IMG/VR virus record: IMGVR_UViG_2775506835_000006
Location: 17,517 to 81,516 of that record
Strand: one strand, 5' to 3'
DNA: 64,000 nucleotides
From: a virus
Lineage: Duplodnaviria; Caudoviricetes
In this document: positions 1-10,458 of the stretch, piece by piece
Layout: each line of letters starts with the position of its first letter
How positions within the stretch are numbered: position 1 is the stretch's first letter
The notes under the pieces: model-generated
What the model saw: the letters and a program-made list of their open reading frames with translations, nothing else
Told to the model about the DNA's origin: nothing
The model's database searches: none
Position numbers and translations under genes: made by a program

Positions 1-2
1 TC

Positions 3-446
3 AATGGAATCTACGGCTATAGACCGGATGGGTCCAAGATAGTCATCCCGGTTAAGGCCGGCGAGGTTGTCGAGGTATCTGAAGAAGAGGCTGCTCGGCT
101 CATCAGCCTTGGCGTTGCCGCCTGCGATGACAAGGCGCCGCCTGAATTCCCGGCCATACCTGTTGCAATGCCCGGAGAGAGCGGGAATGGCGAGCCGGTT
201 GGCGAAAACCCATCTGATGTAAATGACGGTCCAGAAGAGAGGGAAGAGGCTCACTTTAAAGAGCATCTGGAAGAGTGGACCAATGCCGAACTGAAAGAGC
301 TGGCAGAAAACATGTGTATCGATACTGCCAAACTCAAGACAAAGGCAGCACTTATCAACGCTATTCGTTCAATTGAATTTGGGCTTGGCTCCAAAGGCGA
401 CCACGAAGGAATGCCTAAGATCGACGTGGAGAAACCCGTGGTATGA
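3..446 (+). CDS. Phage hypothetical protein, 5'-truncated by window edge; C-terminal Rho_N/HeH-like helix pair
   Basis: Frame of ORF 168..446 is open back to position 3 (NGIYGYRPDG...EEEAARLISLGVA); C-terminal 'TNAELKELAENM...KTKAALINAI'. Confidence 0.7.
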   Translation, partial: NGIYGYRPDGSKIVIPVKAGEVVEVSEEEAARLISLGVAACDDKAPPEFPAIPVAMPGESGNGEPVGENPSDVNDGPEEREEAHFKEHLEEWTNAELKELAENMCIDTAKLKTKAALINAIRSIEFGLGSKGDHEGMPKIDVEKPVV

Positions 447-811
447 GTAGCTTTAAAGATATGGTTGATATCGACAACTGTAATGTATTTATGAACTTAA
501 ATGAGTTTGCAGAAAGCCGTACAGTGTTTTATGATGATGTATTTTATGAAGATATTCCGGTTGTGATTACGGGCATTAGCGAAAAAAGCCGGAGACAATT
601 GGTATCAGATCATGCGCAGGGGTTGTATCTGGTTTCTGCCGTTTTACATTGCGCGGCGGCAGATCTGGGTGGAAATCAACCAGAAAAGGGACAACGCATC
701 AAAATCAATGACCAGCAAGGTGGCGTAGGATTTTTCCGAGAATTTTATGTCGCGTCCTCGGTCTGCGAGATGGGAATGTTACGCGTGGAATTGGAGGCGG
801 TGGATGAATGA
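443..811 (+). CDS. Putative head-tail joining protein
   Basis: 122 aa, 'FMNLNEFAE' start, ATGA overlap, synteny before tail genes. Confidence 0.6.
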   Translation: MSSFKDMVDIDNCNVFMNLNEFAESRTVFYDDVFYEDIPVVITGISEKSRRQLVSDHAQGLYLVSAVLHCAAADLGGNQPEKGQRIKINDQQGGVGFFREFYVASSVCEMGMLRVELEAVDE

Positions 812-1383
812 GTGTTGTACGTGTTGATCAGGTAGGCAGCAATAGTTTGGACCGAGTGAACAAGCTGCTTGCCGGAATCCCTGGCGGGGTATACAAGGCA
901 ACCTATGCCGCCCTAAAGCGCGCCGGTGATACTGCCAAGACTAAGGCGGGTCAGTTTGCTGCCGCCGAGTATACCATTAACAAAGGGACGTTTGTGCGGA
1001 ACGTCAACATGAAGTCCCACATTAGTAGTAGCGGGGGAAGCATCGTGGAGATGAAGATTTCATACGCTAGCAGCGTTCTTCCCTTGTTGACTTTCAACAC
1101 CAAATTTTCCCGGAATGGCCAGGTGCAAACCCAAGTCAAGCGCAACGGTGGGGCGTCGATGCTGGAACACGCTTTTGTAGCCAGCATCTACGGACCTATT
1201 GCCGTCTATGAGCGCGTGGGTATACCTCGTTTCCCGGTGGAGCAAAAGTTTGGTCCGTCCACTGGCCACATGATGCAAAATGACCGAGTCATTGAGAAAA
1301 TGGACGAGACTATCCGGCAGACCTATGAAGCCCGTGTGGAACATGAGATTCTGCGCGTGCTCAACGGCTGGGGAGGTAGGTAA
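808..1383 (+). CDS. Tail completion / lambda gpZ-like minor tail protein
   Basis: 'ERVGIPRFPVEQKFGPS' motif, basic, synteny. Confidence 0.65.
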   Translation: MSVVRVDQVGSNSLDRVNKLLAGIPGGVYKATYAALKRAGDTAKTKAGQFAAAEYTINKGTFVRNVNMKSHISSSGGSIVEMKISYASSVLPLLTFNTKFSRNGQVQTQVKRNGGASMLEHAFVASIYGPIAVYERVGIPRFPVEQKFGPSTGHMMQNDRVIEKMDETIRQTYEARVEHEILRVLNGWGGR

Positions 1384-1875
1384 ATGACACGGACTATCCT
1401 GTTGGAATGCTTGCGTGATGAGACCATGGAGGCTGTACACGACATCATTATGCCGGTATCCATGCAGAAAGGTGATGTTGACCAGGCATACCGGCCAGCT
1501 GATACCTACTTGGCCCGGTTGCCGGACAGCTCGGCCGCCAAGAAAAAAGTCCCTTATATTCTGCATCAGATCATCACCGGTAAGGACGCCCAGACATCGG
1601 GACAGAAGGTTCTGTCCACGGCTACCGTTCGTACCATCTTCTGTGTGTACAACAACGATGAACAGGAGGGTGGTCTTACGCTGCTCAACCTCATGGAACG
1701 GCTGCGTATCCAACTGCTCCGCAAGGTCGTTATCGGTAACCAGTTCACTCTTGACTTGGAGGCAGGACTGGAAGTGCTAGTTTATCCCGAGGATACCGCC
1801 CCGTATTATGCCGGAGAGATGATAAGCGTTTGGAAACTCCCGGCAGTAGAAAGAGAGGTAAGACAATGGCTGTAA
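1384..1875 (+). CDS. Putative tail terminator/completion protein
   Basis: 163 aa, GGAGG RBS, position upstream of sheath. Confidence 0.55.
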   Translation: MTRTILLECLRDETMEAVHDIIMPVSMQKGDVDQAYRPADTYLARLPDSSAAKKKVPYILHQIITGKDAQTSGQKVLSTATVRTIFCVYNNDEQEGGLTLLNLMERLRIQLLRKVVIGNQFTLDLEAGLEVLVYPEDTAPYYAGEMISVWKLPAVEREVRQWL

Positions 1876-2225
1876 ATGATAAAATTGCCGAGCCGGCCCC
1901 CGCGGCGGATATTGAGGTTACCACAACCAAGGCTGATGATCAGTCGGCCAAAAAGAACATCTTGCAAAAGAAACCTGATGGTTTTTCCGGATTTTGCTGT
2001 TACATAGGACCAACCATCATCGGGGTTATTCAGTCCGGAACAATCTACCCCAAGTCCAAAGCAGAGGTGCTGAAGGACCTCGAGTCCGAAGTCAAGAAGC
2101 ATCCGCTAATTGCTTCGCTGGTGGTGGGCGGCGAGACACTGGCCACTGACCGAATCAAGGTGAAAACGCCTGGAAACTTGCTTTTTGTAAACTATAGAAA
2201 ACTTGCTTCCGGAAAGAACAAATAG
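1866..2225 (+). CDS. Phage hypothetical protein
   Basis: ATG at 1866 after GAGG; 'YIGPTI..VIQSGTIY' small pre-sheath gene. Confidence 0.65.
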   Translation: MAVNDKIAEPAPAADIEVTTTKADDQSAKKNILQKKPDGFSGFCCYIGPTIIGVIQSGTIYPKSKAEVLKDLESEVKKHPLIASLVVGGETLATDRIKVKTPGNLLFVNYRKLASGKNK

Positions 2226-2238
2226 GGAGGAAACACAT

Positions 2239-3657
2239 ATGAATCACAGCGTATTTATCTCCGAACAAGCGACGAGTGTTAGCACGCCTATTGTAGCTGA
2301 ATCCGGCGTTCCTTTTGTCGTGGGCTTAGCGCCGGTACAGAGTGCAATTTCCCCGGGAAAGGCCGGTGTACCTGTACTCTGTACCAGCTGGACAGAAGCG
2401 GTAGAAAAGCTTGGATATTCGGACAATTGGGAAGATTACACCCTTTGTGAATTTATGTATTCGCATTTCAAATTGTTTGGGTGTCAGCCTGCAGTCTTCT
2501 GCAATGTGTTGGATATTTCCAGTATGAAGGAAAGTGCAGCGGCAGCGGATGTGGAACTATCCGATCACAAAGCGAAACTGCCTATTGAGGCCATTGACGA
2601 TGCAAGATTAGTGCTCAAAGCTTCCGGCGCAACCGGCGCAGCCTATGTCAAGGGTACTGACTATAGCACCTATTATGACGGGGAACATCTGGTCATCGAA
2701 GTGCTTGCCGGTGGCGCCTGTTATGATGCCGAAACAATCAGTGCAGCATACAACAAGGTTACCCCTTCTTCGGTTAACGCCGTCAATATCGCCGCTGCAA
2801 TGGAAAGCATTGAACTGTGCATGACCACCTTGGGAGTGGTTCCCGATTTGATCTGTGCCCCGAGATTTTCCAGTGAGAGCACAGTGGCAGCTGTTATGGC
2901 AACCAAGGCGGGGAGTATCAACGGAATGTTCAAAGCAAAAGCCCTGATCGACATTAGTTCTAAAGAGGGCGGGGCAGAAAGCTACACCGAGGCAATTTCC
3001 TTGAAGAAGGCCAACAACTTTATCGATACGAATGAAATCCTCTCCTGGCCGATGTTAAAACTGGGTGATTACACCTTCCATATGTCCACGCAGCAAGCGG
3101 GCTTAATGGCTCAGGTGGACAGCAACAACGGCTGTCCTTATGAGAGTCCTTCCAACAAGGCATTTCGGTGCGATGCAATGGTTTTGGAGGACGGTTCGGA
3201 AGTCAACTTGACGTTGGAGCAAGCCAACATGCTGAATTTCAACGGAATTGGAACCGCGCTGAACTTTATGGGTGGTTGGATGTGTTGGGGCAATTACACT
3301 GCCTGTTATCCGGCCAGTACGGATGTTAAAGATTATTTTATCCCTGTGTCCCGGATGTTCGGCTGGATCGGCAATTCGCTTGTACGTTCTTTCTGGAGCA
3401 AACTTGACAAGCCCATGAATCGCCGCTTGATTGATACAATTTTAGACTCTGCAAACATTTGGCTTAACGGTTTGGCCGGCGCCGGTTATCTGCTTGGCGC
3501 GCGAGCGGAAATGCTGGAGTCCGAGAATCCGGAAACCAGCCTGATGGCGGGGGTGATTAAAATTCATATTTATATGACGCCTCCCAGTCCTGCGCAGGAA
3601 ATCGAATTTGTTCTGGAATACGATGCCGAGTATGTAGCCAGTGCGCTTCAGCCCTGA
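2239..3657 (+). CDS. Phage tail sheath protein (FI-like)
   Basis: GGGAGG RBS; 'PDLICAP', 'YESPSNK', 'WGN', 'PPSPAQEIEF' sheath motifs. Confidence 0.9.
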   Translation: MNHSVFISEQATSVSTPIVAESGVPFVVGLAPVQSAISPGKAGVPVLCTSWTEAVEKLGYSDNWEDYTLCEFMYSHFKLFGCQPAVFCNVLDISSMKESAAAADVELSDHKAKLPIEAIDDARLVLKASGATGAAYVKGTDYSTYYDGEHLVIEVLAGGACYDAETISAAYNKVTPSSVNAVNIAAAMESIELCMTTLGVVPDLICAPRFSSESTVAAVMATKAGSINGMFKAKALIDISSKEGGAESYTEAISLKKANNFIDTNEILSWPMLKLGDYTFHMSTQQAGLMAQVDSNNGCPYESPSNKAFRCDAMVLEDGSEVNLTLEQANMLNFNGIGTALNFMGGWMCWGNYTACYPASTDVKDYFIPVSRMFGWIGNSLVRSFWSKLDKPMNRRLIDTILDSANIWLNGLAGAGYLLGARAEMLESENPETSLMAGVIKIHIYMTPPSPAQEIEFVLEYDAEYVASALQP

Positions 3658-3672
3658 AAGGAGGGTTAATCA

Positions 3673-4182
3673 ATGGATCAAAGTGTTATTAACTTTGCAG
3701 TTTATGAAGACAGTGTAGAGTATATCGGCATGGCAAAGGCAACCCTGCCGGATCTCACCGCACTGACACAATCCATATCCGGTGCAGGAATCGCCGGAAA
3801 TATAGAAGCTGTCATTCTGGGGCATTACGACGCAATGACGCTTGGACTGAGCTTCCGTACCACCAGTGAGCAGGCGGTTAAACTGTCCGAGCCCCGTCGT
3901 CATACGATTGATCTCCGGGTTGCACAGCAAACAGAGGATACCGTGGCCGGCGAAGTTAAAGTGCAAAAAATCAAACATATTTTAGTGGTGGTCCCGAAGT
4001 CGGATAAAGGCGGTTCCATTGCTCCCGCTGCTCCTACAGACGGCTCCGGAGAATATGCGGTTCGCTATTGGGCTACTTACATTAATGGAAAAAAGAAGCG
4101 GGAAATCGACCCACTCAATTTCATTTGTTATGTGAACGGCGTCGATTATTTGGACGATGTCCGCAAAGCTCTCGGAAAGTAA
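3673..4182 (+). CDS. Phage major tail tube protein (FII-like)
   Basis: 'ATLPDL..ISGAGIAG' and 'EIDPLNFI..VNGVDYL' P2-type tube motifs. Confidence 0.9.
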   Translation: MDQSVINFAVYEDSVEYIGMAKATLPDLTALTQSISGAGIAGNIEAVILGHYDAMTLGLSFRTTSEQAVKLSEPRRHTIDLRVAQQTEDTVAGEVKVQKIKHILVVVPKSDKGGSIAPAAPTDGSGEYAVRYWATYINGKKKREIDPLNFICYVNGVDYLDDVRKALGK

Positions 4183-4189
4183 ATAAATG

Positions 4190-4218
4190 CCCGGAACAGC
4201 CGTTCCGGGTTATTTTTT
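4190..4218 (+). terminator. Intrinsic terminator after tube gene
   Basis: CCCGGAAC-agcc-GTTCCGGG hairpin followed by TTATTTTTT. Confidence 0.6.
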
Positions 4219-4261
4219 AATCAATACAGTCTGGTCTTCGACTGAAAAAAGGAGTGTCGTT

Positions 4262-4639
4262 ATGAACAGTAACGTTAAAAACGATTATGGAGTTAATGTA
4301 AAGGAATTTTCTGCTGCTGAAAAAGAGGCGGAGAAAAGCGTCTTTGTGTATACTCATAAATTTACTTTGCCTTTTACATATGAAGACAAAACTTATGAGG
4401 AATTGATTTTCGATTGGGGAAGATTAACCGGTGAGGACGGGTTGTCCATTGAAAACGAGATGCAGGCATTAGGGAAACCGGTTATTGTGCCGACTTTCTC
4501 CGGCGAATACTTGGTGCGTATGGCAGCCCGTGCCTGCACAATGCCCATTGGCGACGATGCTATCCGGGCCATGTCCATTTCCGACTACAATAAAATTCGG
4601 AGCGCCGCGCGGTCTTTTTTGCTGAAATCGGAGCTGTAA
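4262..4639 (+). CDS. Tail assembly chaperone (P2 gpE-like), with predicted -1 frameshift extension to 4794
   Basis: AAGGAG RBS; between tube and tape measure; T TTT TTG at 4615-4621. Confidence 0.8.
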   Translation: MNSNVKNDYGVNVKEFSAAEKEAEKSVFVYTHKFTLPFTYEDKTYEELIFDWGRLTGEDGLSIENEMQALGKPVIVPTFSGEYLVRMAARACTMPIGDDAIRAMSISDYNKIRSAARSFLLKSEL

Positions 4640-4812
4640 TTGGCGATGGCGGAGAGTGGCTCCGAAAACAGTGTTTGATCTTGGCGCAGACAAATAACAC
4701 TCCCGTTCCATTCTGGTTGTCTTTGCCGCTCTCAGATTTAAGTAAATGGATTCAAACGAGTAACAAGATTGTAGAAATCAGGAATAAACGATAGCGGAAA
4801 GGAGGACTTTGA

Positions 4813-7800
4813 ATGGCGAGCAGAAGAGAATATGAAATGCTGTTTCATCTGAACGCACAGCTCGGAAGCAGCTACAACGGCACCTTTAAGTCAGCGCAAA
4901 GCACTTTGTCGTCCATGCAAAAGGAAGTCTTAAATCTTAGCAAGACTCAATCAGATATCTCAGCATTTCAAAAGCAACAGGGTGCGGTAGAAGCAACCCG
5001 CCAAAAGTTATCCGTTTTGCAGCAGCAGTACGACAATATCCAAAAGGAAATAAAGGAAACGGAAGGATACTCCTCCTCACTGGAAAACAAGCTGCTTTCC
5101 AAACAACAGCAGATAGATCGGACATCCTCTTCTTTGGAGCAACAGACCCAAAAGCTGAATCAAATGGACACAGCTTTGCGGGAAGCTGGCGTTGACACCG
5201 GAAACCTTGATAAAGAGAGCGCCCGGCTCAGTACGCAAATGACTGAGCTGAAACAGAGTCAGGAGGATGCCGCCGAAGGGGCCAAGGACTTTGGAGAAGC
5301 ATCTTCCGAAGCTTTTTCTGCTGTACAACAAGCTATTGTGGCGGCTGGTGTTGCAACAGCGCTTAAAGAGATTTACGAAGCTTTCATGGAGTGTGTTACT
5401 ATTGCTGGAGATTTCGAGGAAGCGATGTCCAATGTTGAAGCCCTATCGGGAGCTACAGCTATGGACATGGCCGATTTAAGCGCCAAAGCCAAAGAACTTG
5501 GTGCGACTACCAAATTTACCGCCCAAGAATCTGCCGATGCCATGGGATACATGGCAATGGCCGGTTGGGATGCTGTCGACATGCTTTCCGGCATGGACGG
5601 TGTACTGCAATTGGCTGCTGCGTCCGGCGAAGACCTGGCCATGGTGTCTGATATTGTTACCGATAGTCTGAGTGCCTTTGGTCTGACAGCGGCAGATACT
5701 GCACATTTTTCTGATGTATTGGCAGCCACAGCAACCAATTCCAATACCAACGTGTCTATCATGGGCGAGACATTCAAGATGTCTGCATCCGTTGCAGGAG
5801 CGCTGGGATATTCCATTGAGGATGTGGCGACGGCAGTTGGCTTGATGGCAAACAGTGGTATCAAAGGGAGCATTGCTGGCACCGCGTTGAAGAACACCTT
5901 TAACGGTCTGTTGGAAGGCGTAACGCTGACCGGTGCAGCTTTTGGAGAGTATGAATATTCAGCAATTAAAGCCGATGGCAGTATGAAATCCTTTGGCGGT
6001 ACGATCAATGAACTGCGTAATTATTTTGACCAGATGACAGAAGCGGAACGCGTTAATAACGCGATGACGATTGCTGGACAACGCGGGTACAATGGTTTGC
6101 TCGCCATTCTAAATGCAACCGACGAGGATTATACTTCTCTGACTGACAGCATCAATAATTGCACCGGTGCAGCTGCAAAAATGGCAGCCATTAAATTGGA
6201 CAACATGAACGGCCAATTGACCTTAATGAATTCCGCGTGGGACGCCTTAAAAACTACGATAGGTGAACAATTCACACCAGAAATGCGTGGCCTGTACAGT
6301 ATTGGAACGGATGTATTTGGGATGCTGAATGATTTTGTAGCGAAACATCCAGCGTTGGTTAAGGCAGTGATGGCATTTGTAGCGGTTCTCGGCACCGCTA
6401 CTTTAGCGCTCACCGCTTATGCGACGATCTCAAAGGTAGTGAAAGCGTTGGATTTGGTCACTTTGTTTACAGGACCGGCCGGCGTAATTATCGGTGTGAT
6501 TTCCGGTGTTGCCGCTCTCACTGCCGCGATAGTCGCGTTTGCGACTGCTACCAATGAAGCAATTCCCTCTGTCAGAGAATTGACGACCGCTGCACAGGAA
6601 ATGAACCAGGCAATGGAAGAGGCAAACAATATCTTTAACGAGACGGTAACTTCAACGCTAGCGACTGTCGATGTTGCTGAGACCTATATCAGAAAGCTGG
6701 AGGAACTGGAAGCAGCCGGTATTACCACAGACGAACAGGCCAAACAATATCACAACACCCTAGCGCTTTTGTGCCGTACCGTTCCGGAACTCACGGACTA
6801 TATTGACTTGGAAAAAGATACGATTGAAGGCGGTACAGAAGCTTTGCGCACCCATACCAAGGCATGGAAAGAAAATGCCAAAGCACAGGCGTATCAAGAG
6901 TATATGAACTCGCTCTATGATGAGTATAACGACGTTTTGCTTGAAGCTGCAGAGAATGAAATAGGACTGACAAAAGCTCAAATGCAGCTGGAAGATGCCA
7001 ATAAAAAGCATGGCGACACGCTGGGTAAGATGAATAAGCTGTACGCTGAAGCTCAGAAATCCGCAGGAGATTACAATGAAAAGTACGGTGGCTGGACGGA
7101 GGCAACAGATTATCTTACACAGGAATACTACGATCTGCAGGATACCCTCATCAGCATCAATGAAGAGGTTTACACGGCTGAACAGTGTGTGAATAATTAC
7201 ACCAAAGCAATTGAGGAAGATGGTAAAGCGACATCTGAAGCACAGAAAGCGATTGATTCGGCAGAAGAGGCATATAACCGGTTAACGGGGACCACAGAAG
7301 AAAGCATTGAGGCCACAAAGGAAGCAGCTCGACAGGAGCAGGAGCTGCAATTTGTGATTGAAGACATTACCGGAAAAATGAACGATCTTGCGGAAGCATA
7401 TTCGTCTGCCTACTTTGAAGCGCTTAACAGCGTATCTGGTCAATACGAGCTCTGGGATAAGACGGAAAAGGTCGTTGCAACGAGCACGGATAAAATGAAC
7501 GCCGCCATTGAAAGCCAAATTACATATTGGCAGAATTACAACTCCAATCTTCAATCTTTAACAGAGCGCAGCGGCGATATTGAAGGTTTAAGCGACGTCA
7601 TAGCCAGCTTTGCAGATGGAAGCGAAGACAGTGTAAACGCGATTGCGGGTATGGCGAACGCCAGCGATAAAGACTTGGCTAAAATGGTTGAAAACTGGCA
7701 GGCATTAAAAAAAGAGCAGGATACTACTGCCGGAAGTATTGCAGATCTTAAAACAGATTTTTCTGCGACTATGGACGAGCTGCAGAAAGAACTTGCCGCG

Positions 7801-8385
7801 GATATTGAAGCGATGAACCTTGGGCCTGAGGCGGCTGAAAGCGGAAAATCCACGATTCAGGGATTTATTGACGGCGCGGCTGATATGCTGGGACCGGTAC
7901 AGGCAGCGTACGCCCGTATTGCCAAAGCTGCACAAAATGCGCTTAATCCAGGAACAGGAGGCGGTTCATCTGGAATTCCTGGCTATGCCGTCGGAACGCA
8001 GTCCGCAGCTCCCGGTTTCGCTATGGTTGGAGAAAACGGGCCGGAAATTGTTTATTTTAACGGCGGGGAACAGGTCATGACTGCAACCGAAACAGCAGTA
8101 ATGCAAAGAGGTTTACCTACATCTGAACTCCAAACAGTAACCTTTGCGCCTCAGCTATTAGAAGCATTGTCCTCCATGCGCGGTACAAATGCACTTTCGG
8201 CGCAAGGAAACAGTGCGGGAAACAATATTCATTTGACGGTTGCCCCGACTTATACCATTTCCGGCGTTACCAGCTCCAGAGGAATAGAGGATATTCTTCG
8301 CCGGCATGACGAGGATCTGCGCAATTACATTTTGGAGATTATGCAACAGGCTGATATTGACTCGACCAGGAGGGCTTACCGATGA
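4813..8385 (+). CDS. Phage tail tape measure protein (TP901 family core)
   Basis: 1190 aa, 'AKELGATTKFTAQESADAMGYMAMAGW', C-terminal 'GYAVGT...VGENGPE'. Confidence 0.95.
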   Translation: MASRREYEMLFHLNAQLGSSYNGTFKSAQSTLSSMQKEVLNLSKTQSDISAFQKQQGAVEATRQKLSVLQQQYDNIQKEIKETEGYSSSLENKLLSKQQQIDRTSSSLEQQTQKLNQMDTALREAGVDTGNLDKESARLSTQMTELKQSQEDAAEGAKDFGEASSEAFSAVQQAIVAAGVATALKEIYEAFMECVTIAGDFEEAMSNVEALSGATAMDMADLSAKAKELGATTKFTAQESADAMGYMAMAGWDAVDMLSGMDGVLQLAAASGEDLAMVSDIVTDSLSAFGLTAADTAHFSDVLAATATNSNTNVSIMGETFKMSASVAGALGYSIEDVATAVGLMANSGIKGSIAGTALKNTFNGLLEGVTLTGAAFGEYEYSAIKADGSMKSFGGTINELRNYFDQMTEAERVNNAMTIAGQRGYNGLLAILNATDEDYTSLTDSINNCTGAAAKMAAIKLDNMNGQLTLMNSAWDALKTTIGEQFTPEMRGLYSIGTDVFGMLNDFVAKHPALVKAVMAFVAVLGTATLALTAYATISKVVKALDLVTLFTGPAGVIIGVISGVAALTAAIVAFATATNEAIPSVRELTTAAQEMNQAMEEANNIFNETVTSTLATVDVAETYIRKLEELEAAGITTDEQAKQYHNTLALLCRTVPELTDYIDLEKDTIEGGTEALRTHTKAWKENAKAQAYQEYMNSLYDEYNDVLLEAAENEIGLTKAQMQLEDANKKHGDTLGKMNKLYAEAQKSAGDYNEKYGGWTEATDYLTQEYYDLQDTLISINEEVYTAEQCVNNYTKAIEEDGKATSEAQKAIDSAEEAYNRLTGTTEESIEATKEAARQEQELQFVIEDITGKMNDLAEAYSSAYFEALNSVSGQYELWDKTEKVVATSTDKMNAAIESQITYWQNYNSNLQSLTERSGDIEGLSDVIASFADGSEDSVNAIAGMANASDKDLAKMVENWQALKKEQDTTAGSIADLKTDFSATMDELQKELAADIEAMNLGPEAAESGKSTIQGFIDGAADMLGPVQAAYARIAKAAQNALNPGTGGGSSGIPGYAVGTQSAAPGFAMVGENGPEIVYFNGGEQVMTATETAVMQRGLPTSELQTVTFAPQLLEALSSMRGTNALSAQGNSAGNNIHLTVAPTYTISGVTSSRGIEDILRRHDEDLRNYILEIMQQADIDSTRRAYR

Positions 8386-8594
8386 AGAGGACTTACACAA
8401 CGGTTCAGGGAGATATGTGGGACAGCATCGCCAATGCACAACTGGGCGATGTGTCTTATACCGATAAGTTAATGAATCTCAATCAGCAATACCGTAATTT
8501 TTTTACATTCCCAGCCGGAATCGAACTGATCCTTCCAGATCCGGTTGAAACGGTTGGCAATGCACTGCCGCCCTGGAAGGCGGCGGTTGGATGA
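8382..8594 (+). CDS. Tail protein X (LysM-like)
   Basis: 'YTTVQGDMWDSIA...LPPW' signature. Confidence 0.9.
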   Translation: MKRTYTTVQGDMWDSIANAQLGDVSYTDKLMNLNQQYRNFFTFPAGIELILPDPVETVGNALPPWKAAVG

Positions 8595-10123
8595 GCCGGG
8601 TGGAACAAGCCCGCCGTACAACGGCAGAAATTGCATTTGACGGGGTGAATATTACATCATCCATTCGGCCCTATCTGCTGTCGGTTACATATACGGATAA
8701 CGAAGAGGATGAAACGGATGACCTTCAACTTCGTATTCAGGACCGGGATAATGTATGGATGTGTAAATGGCTGAACGATGCAATACAGGCAGCTGCTGCA
8801 ACAGCCGAAGTGCCTACTGCAAACAAAGCATCTTCCAAAAGTTATACGGTTACGGCGAAAAGTGGATTGAATGTGCGCTCCGGACCAGGGACGAGTCACG
8901 GCAGGTTGGGAACGCTTGCCTACGGCACAGTTGTCGATGTGTCTTCTATTTCCAATGGGTGGGCGAAGATCCAGTACAGTGGAAAAACGGCCTATATCAG
9001 CGCCGGCTATATCGCACAAGGCAGTTCCAGCGGGATTACGTCGACTTGGAACATTGGAGATTCTGTGATTGCAAATGGGCGCCCGCAGTATACAAGCTAT
9101 GGTAACGGTACGCCAGGCAAAAATGTTACAAATTACAGAGGAAACATTACACATCTAAACCTGAAAAGCGGAGTTCCATACCCCATCCATGTCGGAAACT
9201 TGGGGTGGTTTGCAGAGAGTCAAATCACAAAAGCTACATCTACAGAAGCAGGGGGGAGTTCTGGGACAAAGGGTCTTCGGATTCAGGCGGTGATTGTACG
9301 TGAAAATTGGACAGGTGATGGAAAAGACCTTATTCTTGACTGCGGACAATTTGCTCTCGATTCAATTGATGCGTCCGGACCACCCGCCGTTATCACCATA
9401 AAAGGGACATCGCTTCCATATAGCTCCCAAATTCGTCAGACCAAAAAGTCCAAGGCGTGGGAATCCTACACATTATCCGGCCTTGCCAATGAGATGGCCG
9501 CATCCAACGGAATGACCTGCCTTTATTTGGCAGCGAATGTTCCTTTCTACGAGAGGGTAGAACAGTACAATACCAGCGATATCAACTTCCTCTCCACGCT
9601 TTGCCATAACGCTGGGATTTCCCTCAAAGCAACCAACAACGTTCTTGTACTGTTCGATCAAGCTTCTTATGAGGCGAAGAGCGCAGTGTTGACCATCAAG
9701 CGGGGGGACGGTACCTATACCAAATATAAACTGAGTGTCGGGCAAGCTGATATCCAATATTCCTCCTGCCGTGTCAGCTATGTGAATCCGTCTACCGGAA
9801 AGTGTATCCAGGCCATAGCCTATGTTGAGGAATACAAATCGGATTCCAAAAAGAATCAACAATTGGAAGTGAAAGCGAAGGTATCCAGTATTGCAGAAGC
9901 GAAAGATTTGGCCGAAAAACGGTTAAGGCTGCACAACAAATATGAACGGACTGCAACGTTTACTTTGCCGGGCAATCCCAATTTGGCGGCTGGCGTCACC
10001 GTCTTTCTTTCCGGTTGGGGAGCATGGGACGGGAAGTATATCGCCAAACAGGCGAAACATTCTGTAACTGACAGCGGATATACGGTGCAGGTACAGCTCC
10101 GCCGTGTATTGGAGGGATATTGA
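8591..10123 (+). CDS. Late control D / baseplate hub protein with inserted SH3b domain
   Basis: 'SVTYTDNEEDETDDL' N-terminus; SH3b 'LNVRSGPGT...GWAKI'; 'LPGNPNLAAG...WDGKY...H' C-terminus. Confidence 0.85.
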   Translation: MSRVEQARRTTAEIAFDGVNITSSIRPYLLSVTYTDNEEDETDDLQLRIQDRDNVWMCKWLNDAIQAAAATAEVPTANKASSKSYTVTAKSGLNVRSGPGTSHGRLGTLAYGTVVDVSSISNGWAKIQYSGKTAYISAGYIAQGSSSGITSTWNIGDSVIANGRPQYTSYGNGTPGKNVTNYRGNITHLNLKSGVPYPIHVGNLGWFAESQITKATSTEAGGSSGTKGLRIQAVIVRENWTGDGKDLILDCGQFALDSIDASGPPAVITIKGTSLPYSSQIRQTKKSKAWESYTLSGLANEMAASNGMTCLYLAANVPFYERVEQYNTSDINFLSTLCHNAGISLKATNNVLVLFDQASYEAKSAVLTIKRGDGTYTKYKLSVGQADIQYSSCRVSYVNPSTGKCIQAIAYVEEYKSDSKKNQQLEVKAKVSSIAEAKDLAEKRLRLHNKYERTATFTLPGNPNLAAGVTVFLSGWGAWDGKYIAKQAKHSVTDSGYTVQVQLRRVLEGY

Positions 10124-10458
10124 TGGAACTGGAAAGTATTTTATTGAGGTTGGTACAGATTGGGACTGTCAGTGCTGTGGACAACGACAAACGGAAAGTC
10201 CGTGTGATCTTTCAGGACACAGGAGCTACTTCCGGCTGGTTGTATGTGCTGCAGCATTATGCGGCCGGTCTTTACATTGAGCCGGATGCAGAACACACAC
10301 ATACCATTACGGGAAGTAATAGTGCAAGCACCTGTCCTGCCCACGACCACATTCCAGGTTCGTATCTGGCCTATTGGATGCCAAAGGTCAATGATATCGT
10401 GTTGGTCCTGTATTTGCCCCTGGAAGACTCGGACGGATTCATATTGGGAGGGATGTAA
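10123..10458 (+). CDS. Baseplate spike (gpV-like)
   Basis: 'IGTVSAVD..KVRVIF...SGWL', 'WMPKVND.VL...DGFILG'. Confidence 0.8.
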   Translation: MELESILLRLVQIGTVSAVDNDKRKVRVIFQDTGATSGWLYVLQHYAAGLYIEPDAEHTHTITGSNSASTCPAHDHIPGSYLAYWMPKVNDIVLVLYLPLEDSDGFILGGM

